Source: a virus. From it: 64,000 nt of DNA. The stretch lies in IMG/VR virus record IMGVR_UViG_3300020122_000503, positions 9,507-73,506 of that record. One strand, given 5' to 3'. Positions 57,619 through 64,000 of the stretch are shown piece after piece. Within the stretch, counting starts at the first letter, position 1. Every line of letters begins with the position of its first letter. The notes beneath the pieces are model-generated. The model had not been told where the DNA came from and ran no database searches. It saw only the letters and a program-made list of their open reading frames with translations. The position numbers were made by a program, and so were the translations under genes.

Positions 57619-57860
57619 TGAGATACCGCGACCTCAAACAAGAACGAGACGACGCCATCGCCCGCGCGCTAGAGGCCGAGCGTCTCTCGATGAAGAGCGA
57701 GTTCGATCGCGTCACACGAGAGTTCGAGGAAGAGAAAGCGCGACTAAAAGAGTGGGCCAAGGATGACGTGCGAGAGGCTTGGTCAGAAGGGTACAACGCC
57801 GGGTTAGCTGAAGCTGAGCGGCTCATCGTCTTTGCACCACGAAAGGAAACCGAAACATGA
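57615..57860 (+). CDS. hypothetical coiled-coil protein
   Basis: 81-aa ORF with overlaps. Confidence 0.5.
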   Translation: MMRYRDLKQERDDAIARALEAERLSMKSEFDRVTREFEEEKARLKEWAKDDVREAWSEGYNAGLAEAERLIVFAPRKETET

Positions 57861-58174
57861 GACAGAAAATTACGCAACAACACGACCTCGACAAAAACGG
57901 AAACCCAGCGGGTGGCGAGACGCGCGCTATGGGCATCGTCATCGACTGGCAGAACGGTCCGCTCGGTACCACCGAACTGAACGGCGCCTTCGTCGAGGGC
58001 GTCATTCTCGCGGCGATCGGCCGGCTTCAGTTCTACCAGACGGCGAGCAACAAGAAGTTCGCCTGCCGTGAGAACGCGCTCGCGATCACGAAGCTCGAGG
58101 AAGCGCTCATGTGGTGTGAAGAGCGCACGCGAGGGCGGGTGGAGCGAGAGGTCGAGGGGACGAACACGCCATGA
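57857..58174 (+). CDS. tad1: Tad1-like (Thoeris anti-defence) nucleotide sponge protein
   Basis: WQNGP...NG...RLQFYQ...FACRENALAITKLEEALMW...R..R.VEGT matches the Tad1 C-terminal signature RENAxAxTxxEEALMW...RxxRxVxGT. Confidence 0.75.
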   Translation: MRQKITQQHDLDKNGNPAGGETRAMGIVIDWQNGPLGTTELNGAFVEGVILAAIGRLQFYQTASNKKFACRENALAITKLEEALMWCEERTRGRVEREVEGTNTP

Positions 58175-58905
58175 GCTACGGCAACATAATCGGATGTGAC
58201 CTGTGCCCTGCCACGGGATTGCACAAAGAACTGAAGACCGGAGAATTCGAGCAGATCGATATCAGAATCGATCGTCGATTCTCCGACGATGACGCTGAGG
58301 ACAGAGTGCATGCCGCCGGCATTCTTTGTAAAAAGTGCGCCGTTCCTTTTGTCGAGCTCGCGCGAAAACTGTCATCGGTCGATCTGAAAAAGCGCAGCAA
58401 AGTGTTGGACGAACGGATCATGGAACTCATCCGTAAGGACGAGGGGGGGCACATGATCCAAATTTACCTTGCGCACCCACTCTCCGCCCCCACCCTCGAA
58501 GGCATCAACGAGAACCGCCGCAAGGCCGCCAAGTGGGCCGCGTGGCTCTGGCGTCAAGGCTTCGCCGTCGAGTGCTCATGGCTCGTAGCGACGCAAGAGC
58601 TCGAGGAGACGCCCGAGAACCGCGCGCTCGGCCTCAAGTCCGACTGCGAGCAGGTCCGCCGGTGCGACGTCATGGTCCTCTGCGGGCCTCGGATCTCGAG
58701 CGGCATGCTGCTCGAGGCGAGCGCGGCGAAGGTCATCATCGACTTCACGTACATCCGTATGGATCTGCCGCACGACATCGGTTGGCGGCACGGGCAGCCG
58801 ATTACGTTCGAGGAAGTCCAGAAGCGAGTTGCGGTAGAGGCCGAGCACGCGGCGCAGGCGGGTCGGTCCTACGCCGCCGAATTGGCCGAGACGGGCGGAG
58901 GGTAG
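58171..58905 (+). CDS. Zn-finger plus nucleoside deoxyribosyltransferase-like domain protein
   Basis: CDLC...CKKC, then IYLAHPLS...RCDVMVLCG..ISSGMLLE; may be two genes. Confidence 0.55.
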   Translation: MSYGNIIGCDLCPATGLHKELKTGEFEQIDIRIDRRFSDDDAEDRVHAAGILCKKCAVPFVELARKLSSVDLKKRSKVLDERIMELIRKDEGGHMIQIYLAHPLSAPTLEGINENRRKAAKWAAWLWRQGFAVECSWLVATQELEETPENRALGLKSDCEQVRRCDVMVLCGPRISSGMLLEASAAKVIIDFTYIRMDLPHDIGWRHGQPITFEEVQKRVAVEAEHAAQAGRSYAAELAETGGG

Positions 58906-58908
58906 CCC

Positions 58909-59190
58909 GTGAAGTGGAAGCCCGACCCGCAGGCTCTGCTGTCGCTGCCTTGCACCGGGCATATGTCCGAGCCCAAGCAGGACTGCGACAAGCGCGTCGA
59001 CGTCATGTTTCCGTTCAACCTCGAGCGGCTCACGTCGGAATTGAAGCGCGTGGGCTGGTTCGTTACGGCAGTGACTCCGCAGGGCGTGAATCCGCCGGTG
59101 ATGGCGGTGCTCTGCGGCGACTGCGCTGACGCGCTGATCCCGGAGCTTGCGGCCGCGGCGCGGAAGGTCTGGAAGGATCGGGATTCATGA
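58909..59190 (+). CDS. hypothetical protein
   Basis: Cys-containing 93-aa ORF. Confidence 0.5.
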   Translation: MKWKPDPQALLSLPCTGHMSEPKQDCDKRVDVMFPFNLERLTSELKRVGWFVTAVTPQGVNPPVMAVLCGDCADALIPELAAAARKVWKDRDS

Positions 59191-59381
59191 AATTGGATCT
59201 GTCCACCCGCCCCCTGACCGCTCCTGAGCTCGAGGTACTCAAGGCGCGGCTCCGAGTGCTCAACGCCTCGCACGAGGCTGCGGCCCGGGTGCTTGGTGTG
59301 TCCCCAGAGACGCTCCTAGCGGCGCTTCAGGGGCGGCGGGTGCAGTGCGCGAAGCGATCGAAGCTACTTGACGAAAAATGA
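59187..59381 (+). CDS. HTH-like small protein
   Basis: AAARVLGVSPETL. Confidence 0.55.
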   Translation: MKLDLSTRPLTAPELEVLKARLRVLNASHEAAARVLGVSPETLLAALQGRRVQCAKRSKLLDEK

Positions 59382-59421
59382 CTTGTCGACACCTGTCGTC
59401 GGTTGTACTGTGTTCCGGTAC

Positions 59422-59607
59422 ATGAAAAAGAAAAAACCGCGAGACACGAAAGCGCGGCTTGGTTCTCAGGTGCAGTTCAGAATGGGCGAAGATCTCGAAC
59501 GACGGGTTAACGGGTATCGGAACAATCTGAGCAAGGAGCTCGGAATCGAGGTCACGTTCTCGACGGCAGTGCGTTCTCTCATCGAGAGAGGGTTAAAGGT
59601 GGTTTGA
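59422..59607 (+). CDS. ribbon-helix-helix-like small regulator
   Basis: QVQFRMGEDL...TFSTAVRSLIERGL. Confidence 0.55.
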   Translation: MKKKKPRDTKARLGSQVQFRMGEDLERRVNGYRNNLSKELGIEVTFSTAVRSLIERGLKVV

Positions 59608-60161
59608 TGGCCGTGCATCGAACATTCGTCCGTGGACGAACGAAACATTCTGACAAGCCCGATCTTGGGCTATGCGAAGGCGTAGTTTCTTCTCGAATTC
59701 TTCAAGCGCTGTACGACGCCTCGACTCAGCTCGAAAAAATGGGAGTGCCGTTCGTTGCCATCGGTGGCATCGCCGTAGGCGCTTACGGAGCTCCCCGAGC
59801 GACTAAGGACGTCGACTTTCTCGTGGGCGAAGAGGCTTTCGAACACCATGGCCCGATCGTGTCGTTTCGCACAGGTCTCCCGATTTCGTCGGGCGGTGTT
59901 GCGGTAGATCCTGTTTCGATCGGTCGCGACGAAGAATTTTTGCTCGAGTCGTTCGAGCATCCGTTCGTATCGCGAGGGGTGCCGGTGATTGGTCTTCCGG
60001 CGCTCATTTACATGAAGCTCGCCGCCGGGCGACATGGTGATCTTGCCGATGTTACGCGGCTCTTGAATTCAGGAATCGACGAGCGGCCTGTTCGACAATA
60101 CTTGAGCGAACACGCGCCCGACTTGCTTTCACTGTTCGAACGGTGCCGCGGGGACGTGTAA
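59604..60161 (+). CDS. nucleotidyltransferase-like protein
   Basis: IGGIAV..YG.PRATKDVDFLV...MKL.AGR..D..D. Confidence 0.8.
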   Translation: MMAVHRTFVRGRTKHSDKPDLGLCEGVVSSRILQALYDASTQLEKMGVPFVAIGGIAVGAYGAPRATKDVDFLVGEEAFEHHGPIVSFRTGLPISSGGVAVDPVSIGRDEEFLLESFEHPFVSRGVPVIGLPALIYMKLAAGRHGDLADVTRLLNSGIDERPVRQYLSEHAPDLLSLFERCRGDV

Positions 60162-60164
60162 GAG

Positions 60165-60503
60165 ATGACCCCCCGCGCGTCCGTAGGCGCCGTCCTGGCG
60201 TCCGCCCTTCGCAAGGTCGTCGGCGGTCGCCTTCAACAGAGTAACCTCGGTGAGGTCTGGCGCGAGGGCCGCACGTGGCTCGAACTCGCCAAGGAGCTCG
60301 ACGGCGCGCTCAACGGGAAGCTCGTGCTCATCGACAGGGCGGCTTTCGAGCGAATACGCGCTGACGCCGAGCAGATGAAGCTCATTCGCGCCTACGTCGA
60401 GGACTACCAAGCCCGGCGCACTGACGCGCAGAAGAAGGCGTCGATCAAGAATCCGTACGCGCGGTGGGCGGCGGAGAACATGCCTCCGAAGGAGGGGACG
60501 TGA
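60165..60503 (+). CDS. hypothetical protein
   Basis: 112-aa ORF in operon. Confidence 0.5.
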   Translation: MTPRASVGAVLASALRKVVGGRLQQSNLGEVWREGRTWLELAKELDGALNGKLVLIDRAAFERIRADAEQMKLIRAYVEDYQARRTDAQKKASIKNPYARWAAENMPPKEGT

Positions 60504-60781
60504 TGCACACGATTTACAAGTTCCCGGTGCCAGAAAATAGCACGTTCGTTTTAAAGTTGCCTGCCAGGGCTAGGTTTTTGGACGTGCAAGTGCAGCGCGG
60601 CAAACCGCAGGCGTGGTTCTTACTCGATCCGGAAGCGGAGACGGTACGACGTCGGTTTGTCGTCTGTGGAACCGGTCACCAAGTACCGGAACAAGAGATG
60701 CTTACGTATCTCGGAACCTTCCAACTCTTCGACGGGGAGTTGGTGTTGCACTTGTTCGAATACGATGCGGAGCGCCCGTGA
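60503..60781 (+). CDS. conserved phage protein
   Basis: TIYKF...LDVQVQ...GTGH...YLGTFQ...LHLFE. Confidence 0.65.
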   Translation: MHTIYKFPVPENSTFVLKLPARARFLDVQVQRGKPQAWFLLDPEAETVRRRFVVCGTGHQVPEQEMLTYLGTFQLFDGELVLHLFEYDAERP

Positions 60782-61113
60782 ACGGCTGCCCCCGTCATCC
60801 CTGCGGCAGTCGCTACTGTAGCGACGTCCGGTGCCTTCAAACCTGGACACCGGAAGGAGCTCCAACCCCGGACGAACAGCTTCGACGTTGGGCGGCAGGC
60901 GACTCGGTGTGCCCTAACACGAGGCACGAGTGCTGCCCCGACTTCTCGTGCTGTAAACCGAAGCTCGGTTGGCCGCTCGAGAAGCGCGCGAAGTTCGTGG
61001 CGGCGGGGCAAGGCGAACGGGAAAAGATGATGATGGGCGCGCTCGGCGACTTGATCGCGTCCACCGGCGAGAAGGCCTACGTCACCCGAGGAGATCCCAC
61101 GGATCATGAGTAA
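60778..61113 (+). CDS. Cys-rich hypothetical protein
   Basis: ECCPDFSCC motif. Confidence 0.5.
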   Translation: MNGCPRHPCGSRYCSDVRCLQTWTPEGAPTPDEQLRRWAAGDSVCPNTRHECCPDFSCCKPKLGWPLEKRAKFVAAGQGEREKMMMGALGDLIASTGEKAYVTRGDPTDHE

Positions 61114-61318
61114 GAAGAAGGGTCGAATCGAGGTAATCGAACTCCCGAGCGGTGTTGTGATACGCAGCGCGCCGCGATGGCTTTGCCTCGATGCGCTAGG
61201 AGGCGTGATCAATCACAGCGAGCGGACTTTCTACAATCTCGACGATGTACGAGACAGGAGAGCGTTAGCTAAACAGGTGATCGAAGCCTGGAAAAAATGG
61301 GTGAGGACAGGCGAATGA
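61106..61318 (+). CDS. hypothetical protein
   Basis: 70-aa ORF with overlaps. Confidence 0.45.
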   Translation: MSKKKGRIEVIELPSGVVIRSAPRWLCLDALGGVINHSERTFYNLDDVRDRRALAKQVIEAWKKWVRTGE

Positions 61319-61523
61319 GTAAGAAGGATCAGATCCGCATCGGCGAAGAGGTCGGCCCGAACACGCACCTCGTCGAGCGCCGCAAGGACGGGCGCGTTCA
61401 CTTGGGCACGCTCACGCCGATGAAGAACGGGCAGTCGCTTCTCACCAACGCGGAGATCGTGAAGCTCACCCCCGGTGATGGTGAGTGGCACGACGTTGAG
61501 ACGATCTATGCATGCTTATCCGG

Positions 61524-61552
61524 TTGACACCCAAGCCCCGGCTGGCTATGCT
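61524..61552 (+). promoter_or_regulatory. sigma70-like promoter in the IS left end
   Basis: TTGACA-N17-TATGCT pointing into the passenger genes. Confidence 0.6.
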
Positions 61553-61628
61553 CTGGGGGTACCAACGAAATGGGCCCCGCGCTGTGCAACCAGCCGGGAC
61601 CCGTGACCAGGAAGGATGAGTTCCCGAT

Positions 61629-61922
61629 ATGGCTACATCTATCACCAAGACCGACCTCTCCCGCAGGTTCTTTCTCGACGTGACCCAGAGCGGGCACGTC
61701 TTCATCCGCGAGCGAGGCCAGAAACCGGACGGCGGGCTCCCCGTTTACACCACGGACACCGCCGCCGAGGCCGAGCAGATCCGCGTGCGACACTGCCGCT
61801 TGGCCCGCGACGGAAGCGGGCTCTACCAACTGAACGAATTCGGCGGGGAGATCGATGACTTGTTCGCGATCGGGGCCTTGTTCCGGGCCACCCACGAGAC
61901 GAACCAGAAAAGGGCTCGTTGA
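61629..61922 (+). CDS. IS passenger hypothetical protein
   Basis: 97-aa ORF inside the IRs. Confidence 0.6.
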   Translation: MATSITKTDLSRRFFLDVTQSGHVFIRERGQKPDGGLPVYTTDTAAEAEQIRVRHCRLARDGSGLYQLNEFGGEIDDLFAIGALFRATHETNQKRAR

Positions 61923-62111
61923 ATGGCTCCCCCGCGAGCCAACGACAGCAAGGCTGCCGTCTCCCTTCGGGAGGCGGCGCTCGCCTTCGCGGCGCATGCT
62001 GCGGTCGAGCCCGAGGACCAGTTCGATCGTCGGGGGCAGCGGCTCAACCGGGTGCTCCTGTCCGCTGCCATCGAGTATGCCCGTGAGGCGGGCGAAGGAA
62101 GCACCCCGTGA
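61923..62111 (+). CDS. IS passenger hypothetical protein
   Basis: 62-aa ORF inside the IRs. Confidence 0.5.
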   Translation: MAPPRANDSKAAVSLREAALAFAAHAAVEPEDQFDRRGQRLNRVLLSAAIEYAREAGEGSTP

Positions 62112-62407
62112 AAAAGGGTGCACCGCGCCGCCTCTGGCTGAAAGGCCCCAATCGAGACGACAACGTCTATGACGCCGTACTGTTCGAGTCGGGCGGTGAC
62201 GGCCACTACTACTCCGACTGCGGCAGGTTCGCGATCTTCCACATGATGCGGTCGACACCGCATGTGTGCTGGGAGTTGCACCAGATCGACCCGGAACGGA
62301 GATCAATCGATCTCGTAGAGGGAAACGCGATAACGCTGAGCGATCTGGTGACTCGGTACGCACGCGGGGACTTTTCTCTGCCAGAGGAGGAGGACGCCGA
62401 TGGCTGA
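62108..62407 (+). CDS. IS passenger hypothetical protein
   Basis: 99-aa ORF overlapping the transposase start. Confidence 0.5.
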   Translation: MKKGAPRRLWLKGPNRDDNVYDAVLFESGGDGHYYSDCGRFAIFHMMRSTPHVCWELHQIDPERRSIDLVEGNAITLSDLVTRYARGDFSLPEEEDADG

Positions 62408-63416
62408 CCTCCCCTTCCCGAAGTCGCTCCCCGAGTTTCAGAAGCTCTTTCCGAACGATGCGGCGTGCGCCGAGTACTTGGAGCGCATCCACTGGCGGGA
62501 CGGGTTCCGGTGCCGCTGCGGATGGGCGGGAGAGCCGTACCGGTTCGCCGCGAAGCCCCACATCCTGCGCTGCAAGAAGTGCCAGGCGGACACGTCGCTG
62601 ACGGCCGGCACCGTCATGGAGCGGACGCGGACGCCGCTCTCCACGTGGTTCTGGGCCTCCTACCTCGTCTCCACGATGACGCCCGGGATGTCCGCCGTGC
62701 AGTTCCAACGGCAGCTCGGGCTTACCCGCTACGAGACTGCTTTTCAGATCCTCCACAAGCTCCGAGCCGGAATGGTGCGGCCGAACCGAGACAAGATCGG
62801 CGGTCCGCCGTCGCAGCACGTCGAGATTGACGAGACGTGGGCGGGTGGGCGTACCAGAGGCGAGGGTCGTGGAACGCACCACCAGACGCTCGTGGTGGCC
62901 GCCGTAGAGGTCCGCCAGCGCGTGCCGAAGGACCCGGCCGGCGACCAGCACAGCAAGGCCGTGCCGCGTCGTGGGGGTCGCTACGCCGGGCGCCTCCGGC
63001 TCTCCGTCGCTCCGAACCGCCGCGCGAAGACCCTCCAAGGGTTCGTCCTCGACTCGGTGCAGCAGGGCACGATGGTCGTGACGGACGACTGGGCAGGTTA
63101 TGACGGGCTCGCGAAGCTCGGCTACCAGCATCTTCAGGTGGCCGAGAAGAACGAGTCCCGGATCGCGGAGGAATACCTCCCGATCGTTCACCTCATTTTC
63201 AGCAACATGAAATCGTGGCTGCTCGGCGTGCATCATGGCGTCGGGCCTCAACATTTGCAGGCGTACCTCAATGAATTCACGTTCCGGTTCAATCGACGTT
63301 TCTACCCGTTCAACAGCTTCCGGAGCCTGCTCGGCGTTGCCGCCGACGTGGAGGGCCCGACTTACGACGGGCTCTATTCGGGTCAGTGGGAACACGCTTG
63401 GGCGGTAACCGGATAA
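62400..63416 (+). CDS. IS1595-family DDE transposase
   Basis: Zn ribbon CRC...CKKC, VEIDETW, VTDDWAGY, HHGV..QHLQAYLNEFTFRFNRR. Confidence 0.93.
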   Translation: MADLPFPKSLPEFQKLFPNDAACAEYLERIHWRDGFRCRCGWAGEPYRFAAKPHILRCKKCQADTSLTAGTVMERTRTPLSTWFWASYLVSTMTPGMSAVQFQRQLGLTRYETAFQILHKLRAGMVRPNRDKIGGPPSQHVEIDETWAGGRTRGEGRGTHHQTLVVAAVEVRQRVPKDPAGDQHSKAVPRRGGRYAGRLRLSVAPNRRAKTLQGFVLDSVQQGTMVVTDDWAGYDGLAKLGYQHLQVAEKNESRIAEEYLPIVHLIFSNMKSWLLGVHHGVGPQHLQAYLNEFTFRFNRRFYPFNSFRSLLGVAADVEGPTYDGLYSGQWEHAWAVTG

Positions 63417-63749
63417 GCATGGATCTATGAACCGGAGTCAGAGCTCAGCGGACCGCCGCAGGTGGCGACTCCCGCGTATCGGGCAGGGTGCAATCGCGTT
63501 TTCGGGAAGAAGGAGGTAGGGCTCGCGTGACGAAACCAAAGAAAAAAGACTCGCTCGCGTGGCTCGAAGAACTCGTCGAGTCGGCGAAGAGGTGGGCGAG
63601 CGTCGTTGACGTTAGAAGAGCGAGGGATGGTCGACTCCGTCGACAATACACACAACCGCAACTTGCGCGCGCTCGCCACTGCCGTCGACGGCTACCAGAA
63701 GGCGATCAAGGACGAAGTCGAAGCTGAAGAAAAACAGGAGCAGACTTGA

Positions 63750-63998
63750 ATGGCAAAAGCAGACGAAGAAAAGAAAGAACTCTGGATCGACTGGACGGGC
63801 GTGGCGCTCGCCGCGTTCGAAGTGCCGGACTTGCCGGACGACGCCGATGACGCGGCCGACATCATGGTGGAGGTCGCGACCAAGTTTGCCGACTCGATGC
63901 TCGACGAGTATGAGAAGCGATTCGAATCGGGCGGCGCCAGTCGACGGAAGCGCGGCAAGACGCGACGTGACGAAGTGGAAGACGAGGAGGACGAATGA
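63750..63998 (+). CDS. acidic hypothetical protein
   Basis: 82-aa ORF with AGGAG upstream. Confidence 0.55.
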   Translation: MAKADEEKKELWIDWTGVALAAFEVPDLPDDADDAADIMVEVATKFADSMLDEYEKRFESGGASRRKRGKTRRDEVEDEEDE

Positions 63999-64000
63999 GC

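Larger units (their letters stand above)
61511..63421 (+). mobile_element. IS1595-family element with passenger genes
   Basis: 26-bp imperfect terminal IRs (CATGCTTATCCGGTT...CCCAAGC; 61511-61536 and 63396-63421) flanked by 8-bp TSD GATCTATG (61503-61510, 63422-63429). Confidence 0.93.
61315..63530 (+). pseudogene. small phage gene interrupted by the IS1595-family element
   Basis: Removing the IS and one TSD restores ...VETIYEPESELSGPPQVATPAYRAGCNRVFGKKEVGLA*. Confidence 0.75.

Noticed and set aside
1-64000. Host taxon assignment and prophage att boundaries
   Set aside because: No host genes or att junctions are visible; high GC alone cannot identify the host.

Overview
The window looks entirely viral (virus, provirus or plasmid-like virus). 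It is GC-rich, densely packed with ATGA/GTGA gene overlaps, and contains no recognisable host housekeeping, rRNA or tRNA genes. The left half (~0.2-32.5 kb, mostly + strand) is a morphogenesis-like module with no recognisable terminase, portal, HK97 capsid or tail genes. It has an intein-split transglutaminase-like Cys protease, a protamine-like Arg-rich protein, a candidate beta-rich capsid protein, many small Gly-rich membrane proteins, LysM proteins with C-terminal membrane anchors, collagen-like and Gly-rich fibre proteins, a glycoside hydrolase, lysozyme, lectin and a glycosyl/methyltransferase cluster, which suggests a tail-less, membrane-containing virion. The right half carries a frameshifted HerA-like ATPase, tyrosine recombinase, ThyX, dNMP kinase, MazG-like proteins, a primase-polymerase with an adjacent origin-like 30-bp inverted repeat, a Cas4-like nuclease, SF2 helicase, family A DNA polymerase, RuvC-like resolvase, a Tad1-like anti-defence protein and a complete IS1595-family element with passenger genes. 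The standout feature is a RAMP/Cas7-like gene (48601-49254) followed immediately by a non-coding array (49259-49612) of five units, each a conserved GCAGTAA-type delimiter plus 11-12 pentamers of the form CGA-NN, a candidate non-CRISPR programmable RNA-guided system. All protein calls come from reading motifs by eye; no database searches were run.
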